DNA of 63,992 nucleotides, the filler included, from an uncultured bacterium (GTDB lineage Bacteria; Latescibacterota; UBA2968): the NCBI GenBank assembly GCA_964471275.1. It is 9 parts of 9 records of this genome, joined end to end, with 100 filler letters (N's around TTAATTAATTAA, not from the genome) between each part and the next. Parts side by side here need not be neighbours in the genome. Positions count along the whole stretch, not along the records: positions 15,290 to 22,795 come from CAYYGZ010000230.1; positions 22,896 to 30,354 come from CAYYGZ010000231.1; 7 more parts are not named here. One strand, written 5' to 3'. The notes below the pieces were generated by a model. The model did no database searches and was not told where the DNA came from. It worked only from the letters and a program-made list of their open reading frames with translations. How positions within the stretch are numbered: the stretch's first letter is position 1; every line of letters starts with the position of its first letter. Below are positions 18,262-26,917 of the stretch, one piece after another. Position numbers and translations under genes: made by a program.

Positions 18262-20366
18262 GGGGCTGTGGTCGAGATCACCCGCTGGGCGATGTCCCGG
18301 CTCTCTCCTTGCAGTGTGCCTTCGGAAATCATGGTGGTCAGCAGGTCCGCGGTAGCAGGCGGCAAGGCCTGGTTTGCGAGAGCCCTTTCGTATGCCTGTG
18401 ACGCCAGGTCCGTTTGACTTTCCACAAGATAAGTCAGAGCGATGTTGTATAGGGGGAAGGGATGCTCGGGAGCGAGGGCGATCGCTCGTTCGCTTGCTTT
18501 GCGAGATCGGTCGTGCTCCGCCATTTCGTAGTAGTCCCAACCGAGCTTGAGCCAAAGGTCAGCCGGCTGTCCTGTCAGCTGTGCGAGGCGATCGATATGG
18601 CTTTCGGCCGCTGCGAAGCTGTCCTGATGGGCCAGCGCAAGGGCATAACCGTACTGTGGTAGAATGTTGCCCGGATCGAATTGTGCGGCCTTGCCATACT
18701 GAGTCTTCGCCTCAACCCAGTTTTCGGCAGCGGAGTGAATGTCTCCGTATCTCGCGTAGGAACCTGCGGCCGTGGCTGCATCTACACCCTCTCCCTTCTG
18801 GCCATTCGAAATCTGATCCCATCTTGCACGCTTGTCTGAGTGGTTCGTGGGCTGCCGCTTTGCATAGATGGTGACATCACCGAAGTCTTGGACAACGGTG
18901 TAGTCAGTGCGATCCTGTTCGAGATAGACGTAGGTGTAGTGGATGTCCCGGTAACGTTGGGGGGAGAGGTAGAGGAAGTCTTCCTGCTCGTCTTCCCTAT
19001 CCGTAAGTCTGAAGTGCCGGGATTGGTTCGGATCTGCATAGCGGTCCCGAATGCTGGAACGCGTGACGACAAGATCGGGCTGGTAGATACCGATCAGGGC
19101 ATAGGAAAGTCCGAAGTAATCGTCGGCGAGATCAAACTTCTCCGGGACGTATGCATAGGTATCGTACAGGACCGTCGTTTCTGCGTCATAGCTCTCTGAA
19201 AGCCAGAGACCAGCCGCGATCACCGGGTTGTCCGACTCGCCGCGAGTTCGCGTCGCAAGGATGGGAACGGCGTAGGCGATCTGAACCGTGACAATGGCAG
19301 ATATTGCGAGGATTCGGCCTCGCTTGGTGCCCTTGACGAATTCTTCTATCCGTGCGCCTGCCAAGATCGCAAGCGCGGGGATCAGAGGGAGCAGATACTG
19401 CCCTGCGATGAAGCGAACGTTCAGCAGCAGGAAGCCCAGGTAGGTGGTGGTCCAGAACATAAGGCACGCGGTGCATCGACTGGCGGCCCAGTCTCTACGC
19501 CAGATTGCTGTAAATAGGGCCGTTACGCCGAGCAGAATGACCACGCCAAGGGTGGGGTCGAGAAGCATCCAGATCCAGCCTACGCCGCCTCCTTCCTCCT
19601 GATCGGACACGATTCTCCCTGCAAAGGAGAGATCCTGCACGAGGGCCGAGAGGTTCAGAATGGCGTAGGGGTTGGTCACTGCGTAAGCGGTGCAGAAGCT
19701 GACCGCGGCGACGACCGAACCTGTCCAGAATCGCCTGCTCTGAAACGCGGCAGCCAACCCGCCCGGGGTGCCCAGAACGAGGGCCAGTGTAATCGTCGGA
19801 AGCAAGAAGGCTCCGCCATATTTCGTGCCCATCGCAAGTCCGGCAAAAAGTCCGCTGAGCGACACAGAACGCAGCGAAAATGTATGGGAGAGTTCTGTGA
19901 TGGCGTACAGGCTGCACGTCAGGAAGCAAAGCTGCAGGAGATCCGGATGGATTTCGATCGACCAGCGGTAGATGAGCGGGGTGGAAAGCGTGAGAGCGGC
20001 TGATGTGATTCCGACCTCCTGGCTGTAGTGCCGCTTTGCCATCGCACCAGCTACCACAGCGGTAACGAGTGTGGCAGAAATGCTGATCAGCCGAAGGACG
20101 ATGATGACTGTCGTGTCTGTGACCTCAAAGAGCAACCCATAGAGCGTGCTGATCAACGCACCCAGGTAGGGATAGACGGATCCGTAGATGAAGCCATCTA
20201 CGGCCAGCGACTGTGAGACGAGGATCTCGCGGACCTGTGTCGCGAATGCTGCTTCGTCCAGGGAGAAGGTCTGCAGCATCCGGATTTCGTGGGCAGCGAA
20301 ATCGATCGCCGGGATTGCGGCAATCGTGAAGAGAAGCAGGATCGGGGTGATGCGTGATCTTGTCAT
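18258..20366 (-). CDS. GT-C fold glycosyltransferase (ArnT/PMT-like) with C-terminal TPR repeats
   Basis: SLDE loop motif, multiple TM helices, HPD, GTKY, TNPY; C-terminal TPRs (YGKAAQFDP, AIALAPEH...YNIA). Confidence 0.82.
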   Translation of the reverse strand: MTRSRITPILLLFTIAAIPAIDFAAHEIRMLQTFSLDEAAFATQVREILVSQSLAVDGFIYGSVYPYLGALISTLYGLLFEVTDTTVIIVLRLISISATLVTAVVAGAMAKRHYSQEVGITSAALTLSTPLIYRWSIEIHPDLLQLCFLTCSLYAITELSHTFSLRSVSLSGLFAGLAMGTKYGGAFLLPTITLALVLGTPGGLAAAFQSRRFWTGSVVAAVSFCTAYAVTNPYAILNLSALVQDLSFAGRIVSDQEEGGGVGWIWMLLDPTLGVVILLGVTALFTAIWRRDWAASRCTACLMFWTTTYLGFLLLNVRFIAGQYLLPLIPALAILAGARIEEFVKGTKRGRILAISAIVTVQIAYAVPILATRTRGESDNPVIAAGLWLSESYDAETTVLYDTYAYVPEKFDLADDYFGLSYALIGIYQPDLVVTRSSIRDRYADPNQSRHFRLTDREDEQEDFLYLSPQRYRDIHYTYVYLEQDRTDYTVVQDFGDVTIYAKRQPTNHSDKRARWDQISNGQKGEGVDAATAAGSYARYGDIHSAAENWVEAKTQYGKAAQFDPGNILPQYGYALALAHQDSFAAAESHIDRLAQLTGQPADLWLKLGWDYYEMAEHDRSRKASERAIALAPEHPFPLYNIALTYLVESQTDLASQAYERALANQALPPATADLLTTMISEGTLQGESRDIAQRVISTTAP

Positions 20367-20411
20367 GGTCGAAAGAGATCGTGCGATCGGGTCAGGAGAG
20401 ACTCACCGGTG

Positions 20412-21011
20412 TCAGGGAGCGACGTTCATCTCAACGAGATGGAGCCCGGGTCTCTCCTTCCGGGCGACTGCAAAATGTCCTCGCTTCAAGATCAAGGATC
20501 TGAACCGGTCACCGGCGTTATCGCACAGGTGCCAAAGAGTGGCAGCGAAGGTGATACAATGCCGACAACAAGGACCCGCGAGAATTTCTGCGGGATTCCG
20601 TCCGTGAACTCGGAAAACCGGTCAGCTATCTCCGGCAGACTCTCACCGTTCGGGAATCGGGCACCTTCAACGCGCATCTCCCAGGACGACACTACCCGCT
20701 GAAACGCCTCGTGAGCGGCCGGGTCGTCTTGCGAGGTTCCCTCCAGATCACCCACCGAGCCCAACTTCCACGAGACGCGTTGATGGGGCGGGTACGATGT
20801 CGCACGCAGACCCTACGATGTCAGCCGTTTCACGTGTTCTGGAAAGGGTGCTGCAGTAGATGGCCTCAAGATCGGGCTTCGCGAGCTTTCCCGCCTGAGT
20901 TCCTGCCTGACGCCGTCCTTCCACCGAGAGAGGCCAGTTGCCTTCAACCGATGAGAACACGCGCGCAACGTTTGCCTGGCTTTCACCGTGTTTGAGGAGA
21001 TATAGATCCAA
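20412..21011 (-). pseudogene. Histidine phosphatase (phosphoglycerate mutase family) pseudogene
   Basis: LYLLKHGES (RHG motif altered), AIYCS, GES, VLVVG/H; 4-nt GGTG duplication near 20750 and 1-nt deletion near 20560. Confidence 0.8.
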
Positions 21012-21019
21012 GCGATGCT

Positions 21020-21907
21020 CTAGGCTGTAGATACGAGGTAGAACCCAACAAGCATGATAACTGCTATCACCAGCCTGAAGAGCGTCTGCCCCTCCTTGAA
21101 GAGCAGCGTCCCTGCGATAACGGCCATCAGGACGCTGGATTGTCTGAGGGTAACGACGTAGCTGACCGTCTCCGTCTGCAGCACGTGCAGGATTAGGCCG
21201 TAGGACAGGATCGTGCCGCAGGCGGCCAGGAAGACGGATCGCCCTTCGACTTGAATCGTCTTCCGAATATCGGGTAAACCCCTTACGAGAGTATACAGCC
21301 AGAACAGGGCATAGCAGACCGTGTTTTCGAGAAGAAAGTAGATCGGTCCTCGCCATACCGATTCTATTCCGTGGGCGTCTGCAAGGACTACCATTCCGGT
21401 CTTATCCACAAGGGTATATGCTACGACCGTGCTCAGGGTGAGGAGCGCCCAGATCAGGTCTTTCCGCCTCAGGTGATCAAGGAAGCTGTCGCCAGACATC
21501 TGCGGCCGGCGTTGGAGCGCCAGGACGCAGATCACGACGGCCACAATGCCTACGATGCCCTGTGACGACAGCTGTTCGCCGATCAGAAAATAGGCAGCTA
21601 TGGGTACAATCGCCGGTGCGGATCGAGCAATCGGGTAAACAAAGGAGATATCGCCCGTTTTGTAGGCGCTGCTCAGCGACACAATATAGAAGGTGTGTAT
21701 GATGCCTGAAGCTAGGACGAAGGGCCAGATCTCCGAGGGCAACTGTTCGAACGGAACCCAGGGCGCAACGAGGACTCCGACCAGGACCAGCAAGCTGCCT
21801 TTGAGCAGTGAGAAGGTTCGGGGATCGTCGCTGGACTTGAGGAGCGTGTTCCAGCCAACGTGAATCAAGGCGGATACAAGGACTAAAGTGACAGCGTTGG
21901 GTGACAG
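21020..21907 (-). CDS. EamA/DMT family transporter
   Basis: VLVSALIHVGWN, AYKTGDISFVYPIARS, YTLVDK, LRQSS; first helix needs extension to CTG 21907. Confidence 0.88.
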   Translation of the reverse strand: MSPNAVTLVLVSALIHVGWNTLLKSSDDPRTFSLLKGSLLVLVGVLVAPWVPFEQLPSEIWPFVLASGIIHTFYIVSLSSAYKTGDISFVYPIARSAPAIVPIAAYFLIGEQLSSQGIVGIVAVVICVLALQRRPQMSGDSFLDHLRRKDLIWALLTLSTVVAYTLVDKTGMVVLADAHGIESVWRGPIYFLLENTVCYALFWLYTLVRGLPDIRKTIQVEGRSVFLAACGTILSYGLILHVLQTETVSYVVTLRQSSVLMAVIAGTLLFKEGQTLFRLVIAVIMLVGFYLVSTA

Positions 21908-22049
21908 GGCCTATTCCTTGTAGTGGTGAATGTGGTTATCGCACTACATTCTAGGTTAACCCGGCACGGCAATCGAAGAAATCTGAAACCGGTGCGATCA
22001 TTCTGCCTGTCTTACTCTTGGATAGGCCGATCAGAACCTGGAGGAAGGG

Positions 22050-22228
22050 ATGTTTGGAAACTACCTCGCTGTGGCGTTACGCAGTTTGAGCCGCAACCGA
22101 ATTTACTCGATCATCAATGTCCTGGGGCTTTCGCTCGGGATCGGCTGCTCACTCGTGATCGCGTTGTTTGTGATGGACGAGTTGTCCTATGACACCCATC
22201 ACGAGAATCTCGATCGCATTGAGCGTGT
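22050..22228 (+). pseudogene. Truncated MacB/FtsX-like ABC transporter permease
   Basis: MFGNYLAVALRSLSRNRIYSIINVLGLSLGI...DELSYD typical N-terminus; ends after about 60 aa at the IS remnant. Confidence 0.85.
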
Positions 22229-22795
22229 CATCCCACGAGCGGGCGTGTGTAACAGTCTATGATGGTCACCAGATACACAGGCCTGAGGTCCGAACGCTGA
22301 AAGCTGGTTATATCGATCTGTCAGGCTTGGTTCGGACGATGAGGGCGCATATGCTCAACACGCTTGGGACGAAGAGGACGGCGACGGATCCGTGGCTGTG
22401 TCAAGCCAAGTTCACGCATCACACGGTCTTGCGGCTCACGCAGACACCGTGGCGACGACGAAGAAGCGCACGGATTATTCAATAGCCAAGCTATACGTGG
22501 TTCCAGGCAGAGTTGACGGATCTGCTCTCGAAGAACCGGATCATCAGAGATCGGACGACGACGGAGACGCCTGATCGCAGGGCCAGGATCACGCACCCAG
22601 CGACCTACACTCGAACGAGGTTCTGAGAAGACAATCGCCAGACGCCCGATACTCAGACTCGTTGATTGACGCAACTCGCACACAGCCTTCAACCGCCGCG
22701 TGTTTTTTACCGCATGAATAGCGAGGGCCTGGGTATCGGACTTACCGGTCGGACGTCCCATTCCCTGACGAAGAAGATCGAGAGCCCGATCCTTC
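22229..22795 (-). mobile_element. Degraded IS3-family transposase remnant (orfA/orfB junction and start of integrase core)
   Basis: RVMRELGL...PHRPNQA*QIDITSF...YLVTIIDCYTR..VG*; A6 tract at the orfA/B junction; several stops and frameshifts. Confidence 0.75.
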
Positions 22796-22895
22796 NNNNN
22801 NNNNNNNNNNNNNNNNNNNNNNNNNNNNNNNNNNNNNNNTTAATTAATTAANNNNNNNNNNNNNNNNNNNNNNNNNNNNNNNNNNNNNNNNNNNN
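22796..22895. other. Artificial contig linker
   Basis: N44-TTAATTAATTAA-N44. Confidence 0.99.
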
Positions 22896-22915
22896 GCTTG
22901 AAAGAGGAGATTGTC

Positions 22916-23473
22916 ATGCTGGGTCGTTTGGGAGCTATGCTTGTTATTGCCCTGATATTGACGGGTGTTGGGCAGGTCGAGGCACAGGCCAAGATCGGCT
23001 ACATCGATGCTGACGCGATCACCACCACCTATAAACGCTTTCAGGATGCGCAGAAGGATGCACAGCGTTATGAGGAGGAACTGACGAAGGAGTTCAACAA
23101 GTCGCAGAACGAGTTGGCCCGCCTGAAGGAGAACTTCGATCGTCAGTCGCTTCTGATGAGCGAACAGCGTAAGAAGGAAGAGCAGCAGAATATCGAGCGA
23201 AAGCAGCAGGAGTTGCAGAAGTTTCTGGAGGACGTGAGCGGTCAGGGCGGGAAACTCCAGCGAAAAACCCAGGAACTTCTCCAGCCGATCATCCTGCGTG
23301 TGAATGAGGCGATTGCGTCGGTGGCGAAGGACAAGGGATACGATTTTGTGCTCAACACCGCAGCGATTGCCTATGCCAACGAGGACCTGGATCTCACTCA
23401 GCTCGTGCTCGACCAGCTGGAGAAAGAGGACGCTGACGCTCTCAAGTCTCAAGGCACAGGATCAAACCGATAG
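22916..23473 (+). CDS. skp: OmpH/Skp periplasmic chaperone
   Basis: Signal peptide, KIGYID, long coiled coil, GYDFVL, DLT; GAGGAG RBS. Confidence 0.9.
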   Translation: MLGRLGAMLVIALILTGVGQVEAQAKIGYIDADAITTTYKRFQDAQKDAQRYEEELTKEFNKSQNELARLKENFDRQSLLMSEQRKKEEQQNIERKQQELQKFLEDVSGQGGKLQRKTQELLQPIILRVNEAIASVAKDKGYDFVLNTAAIAYANEDLDLTQLVLDQLEKEDADALKSQGTGSNR

Positions 23474-23932
23474 ATGGTGGGGACCGACATACCTGACTCG
23501 GTGATGGACATCCGTGATATCCAGAAGGTAGTACCCCATCGCTATCCATTTCTGCTGATCGATCGAGTGATCGAGCGCATCCCCGATGAACGGGTCGTGG
23601 CGATAAAGAACGTAACCGTCAACGAGCCCTTCTTTCAGGGTCACTTTCCCGGTCAGCCCGTGATGCCCGGCGTGTTGATCGTGGAGGCCATTGCCCAGAC
23701 GGCCTTGATCTTGATTTCGGATGATGGAGGGGACAAGATCCCTCTGTTCATGGGGATCGACAAGGCGAGGTTCCGGAGGCAGGTGGTTCCGGGAGACCAG
23801 CTGAGGATCGAAGTCGAGCTGTCTCAGATGCGACGGAATGTTTGTCGCGCTCATGGTCTTGTGACTGTCGCGGGTGAGAAGGCTGCGGAGGCAGATATAC
23901 TCGCAACCATTGTGGATGCGGATGCAATGTAG
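23474..23932 (+). CDS. fabZ: 3-hydroxyacyl-ACP dehydratase
   Basis: PHRYPFLLIDRV, KNVTVNEPFFQGHFP, PVMPGVLIVEA. Confidence 0.97.
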   Translation: MVGTDIPDSVMDIRDIQKVVPHRYPFLLIDRVIERIPDERVVAIKNVTVNEPFFQGHFPGQPVMPGVLIVEAIAQTALILISDDGGDKIPLFMGIDKARFRRQVVPGDQLRIEVELSQMRRNVCRAHGLVTVAGEKAAEADILATIVDADAM

Positions 23933-23948
23933 CCGGTGAAACTCCGTA

Positions 23949-24687
23949 TCAGGTATCAGAGGGGAGTGACGATTCATCGTCACTCCCCTCTTCTTTATCC
24001 CTCCGGAGCTTCTCTTCGAGTTCTTCGATCTCGATCATTGTGTCCGGTGTTCTTGCATAGTCGCCGATCTTGAAATTCATCTCTTCTACAATCTCGTGGA
24101 GACTTTTCAGCACCGTACGGATGTGATCTGTCTGACGAGAGCAGACATCAACCAGCTTCCTGTATAGATCGGGCTCGTCAGGAGAGGCCTGGGCAAGCTG
24201 TGCCGCACCCGAAATCGACTGCGTGGCATTGTTGATGTGGTGTGACAGAGTCACCAGGGCCTGACACTCCCTGAACGTGCGCCAGCCTCTTCTCCCGATC
24301 CACCATATGGCGTTGCAGTTCCTGAATCCGTAGCAGAGCTCGGATTCGGGCGACGACCTCGCCGATGTGGAAGGGCTTCGTGATGTAGTCGTCTGCTCCA
24401 GTCTCTAGTCCCTCCACCCTATCATCGATGTCCTTCCGAGCGGTGAGCAGGATGACCGGGAGGTTTGCGTAGAACTCGTCCGATCGCAATACCTTGAGCA
24501 CCTCCAGCCCGTCCAGACCGGGCATTGCATAGTCCAGTAGGACCAGATCGGGAAGACTCTCGGCGATGCGCTTCAGGCAGGTCTCGCCGTTGTGGGCCGT
24601 CGTCACATCATAACCCTTGTTCTGGAGCTCATCCTGAAGATACTCGAGGTGCAGCGGCATGTCGTCGACGACAAGAATGTGACTCAT
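23949..24687 (-). pseudogene. Response regulator receiver plus HisKA-like helix, frameshifted near 24264
   Basis: ILVVDD, DLVLLD, LTA, KPF receiver; frame shifts between VQGV and QALVTLSHHINNATQSI. Confidence 0.72.
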
Positions 24688-26582
24688 CACGACTCCTCTA
24701 CGTGCTTGAGGTTCCGGTCCACAGACTCCCACTCAGCATATCCCTGATCGATCTTCTCCCTTAGCGCTGACTTCTCTGCGGTGAGCGTCTCCAACTTCCC
24801 CCAATCTGATCCTTCGACACTTTCGATCTGCGCGTCGAGCCCTTCGATCTGATCTTCTAATTCTGCGATCTCGGTCTCGATCTCCTGGATGCGTCGCTGT
24901 TGTTTCTGCACGATCCGTTTCGCGCGCTTGCTTTCGGCCCGATCAGAATCGACTCCCTTGTCCCGACGTTTGTCGCCGTTCCCGTTTCTCGCCGTCCAGA
25001 GCTGGCTCAGTGAGGCGTAATTTCCGTCGACAAGCTGCCAACCCGCATCGTCGATCACGACGAGTCGGTTGATTAGGTCATTCAAGAAGTATCGGTCGTG
25101 GGAAACCGTGATGATCGTCCCGTCGAACTGTTTGAGAGCGGCCTCCAGAACCTCACAGGAAGGGATGTCGAGATGATTGGTCGGCTCATCTAAAACCAAC
25201 AGGTTGCAGGGCCGTTTGATCATTTTGGCCAGTGCAACGCGGCTCTGCTCACCACCACTCAGACTGCCGATGCGTTGTTCGACCTCGTCTCCCGAGAACA
25301 GGAAGGCCCCGAGATACGTTCGGATTTCACCCACAGTTGATTCTGGTGAAACCGCCCACACCTCTTGCAGAACCGTATTCCCCAAGTCGAGATCATTACG
25401 GCTCTGTTCGTAGTATTGCAGTTCCGTGCTCCTTGCGGCGCGGACCCATCCGGTATCGGGTGTGAGTTCGCCAATCAGCATCTTCAGAAGCGTGGTCTTG
25501 CCCGAACCATTCGGTCCCACGATACCTATTCGGTCTCCTCGCCACGCGACCATCGACAGGGGCGCGAAGAGTGGCTCTTCGCCAGAGAAAGACTTGGTGA
25601 TGTCCTCGACCTGTATGACCCGATCCCCACCCCGGGTCCCGGTCCCGAACCTGAGCCGGACATCCCTGTCGGTTACCGGCCGGTCGACACGATCGAGCTT
25701 CTCGAGTGCTTTTTTCCGGCTCTTCGCCTGCTTGGTCTTCTGGCCGGCAATGTTGCGTCGAATGTAGTCTTCGGTCCTGGCGATCTCGGCCTGCTGAGAC
25801 TCGTATGTCCGCTGCTGCTGCTCAACCTGCTTGGCCTTCTCGATCGCGTAGGCGCTGTAGTTTCCGGTGTAGCGTCTGATGCGGCAGTTCTGGATTTCGA
25901 TGATGATCTTAGCGGTGTTGTCCAGAAAGTATCGGTCGTGCGAGATGACGACGAAGGTCCCCTCATAGTCGGACAGAAACTTCTCGAGCCACTCGATTGC
26001 CCGAAGGTCGAGATGATTTGTCGGCTCATCCAGAAGCAGCAGATCGGGTTGTGAGGACAGCAATCTCGCAAGCGCCAACCTGTTCTTCTGGCCGCCGCTC
26101 AGGACAGAAACGGAGACCTCATGGTCGCCTTCCGGAAAACCGAGACCGTCAAGGACAGCTGAGGCCCGGGCTTCGAGCGAGTAGCCATCGAGCCGCTCGT
26201 ACTTTGTGTGTAGATCACTGTAATCGTGGAGCGTTCGCTCCGTGTGATCGCCGGCCGACATTCTTGCTTCTATTTTACGAAGCTGACGCTGGATTTCCAG
26301 AAGCTTGCCGAAACCCTCGAGTACCGTCGAGATAACGGTCGCTTCATTCGAGAAGACCGGGTTCTGGGCGAGATAGCCGATCCGTGTCGTCTTGGCCCGA
26401 TGCACCGAGCCTGAATCAGGCCGGATCTCTCCGGTCAAGATGTGCAGGAGGGTTGTCTTTCCGCAACCGTTGCGACCGACGAGCCCGACCCGGTTTCCTC
26501 GATCGATATTCCACGAAACATCGAGCAGGATGTCGTGTGCGCCGTAGGCTTTGGCTACTCTTTCGAGTTGAGCGACTGGCAT
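24687..26582 (-). CDS. ABC-F family ATPase (Uup/YheS/YdiF-like)
   Basis: Two NBDs (GRNGCGKT, GPNGSGKT; LSGGQ/LSGGE; DEPTNHLD twice), no TM, C-terminal coiled coil. Confidence 0.96.
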   Translation of the reverse strand: MPVAQLERVAKAYGAHDILLDVSWNIDRGNRVGLVGRNGCGKTTLLHILTGEIRPDSGSVHRAKTTRIGYLAQNPVFSNEATVISTVLEGFGKLLEIQRQLRKIEARMSAGDHTERTLHDYSDLHTKYERLDGYSLEARASAVLDGLGFPEGDHEVSVSVLSGGQKNRLALARLLSSQPDLLLLDEPTNHLDLRAIEWLEKFLSDYEGTFVVISHDRYFLDNTAKIIIEIQNCRIRRYTGNYSAYAIEKAKQVEQQQRTYESQQAEIARTEDYIRRNIAGQKTKQAKSRKKALEKLDRVDRPVTDRDVRLRFGTGTRGGDRVIQVEDITKSFSGEEPLFAPLSMVAWRGDRIGIVGPNGSGKTTLLKMLIGELTPDTGWVRAARSTELQYYEQSRNDLDLGNTVLQEVWAVSPESTVGEIRTYLGAFLFSGDEVEQRIGSLSGGEQSRVALAKMIKRPCNLLVLDEPTNHLDIPSCEVLEAALKQFDGTIITVSHDRYFLNDLINRLVVIDDAGWQLVDGNYASLSQLWTARNGNGDKRRDKGVDSDRAESKRAKRIVQKQQRRIQEIETEIAELEDQIEGLDAQIESVEGSDWGKLETLTAEKSALREKIDQGYAEWESVDRNLKHVEES

Positions 26583-26725
26583 ATTTCCAGATGGATAGGG
26601 TTCATCAGAAAGTGAGGAACTGGGTTCGTGTTCTGTCCCGATATGTACGGGCTTGCTGTCGGTGATGCCGTTTCGCTTATCTGTGACCGCTATTCCGTGA
26701 CAACACCATTGGGCTGAGTTGAGAA

Positions 26726-26754
26726 AGTATGGTCGTTGTTCGGTTTCAAGTCAA
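26726..26754 (-). promoter_or_regulatory. Putative sigma70 promoter for the ABC-F gene
   Basis: TTGACT-17 nt-CATACT on minus strand. Confidence 0.5.
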
Positions 26755-26844
26755 TAGACTGAGCCGAAGCCGCGATCGTTACCTGCTGATCAGCGTCTGG
26801 GCATCTGATCGATCAGACCTCAACATTTACGTGGTGACGCCGTC

Positions 26845-26874
26845 TTGACCGGATCGGGCAGGTCGGCCTATAGT
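26845..26874 (+). promoter_or_regulatory. Putative sigma70 promoter for the glycosyltransferase
   Basis: TTGACC-18 nt-TATAGT. Confidence 0.5.
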
Positions 26875-26917
26875 TGTTTAAACTATTGAACTTTCAGCAG
26901 TTACTCGACAGGCTCTG

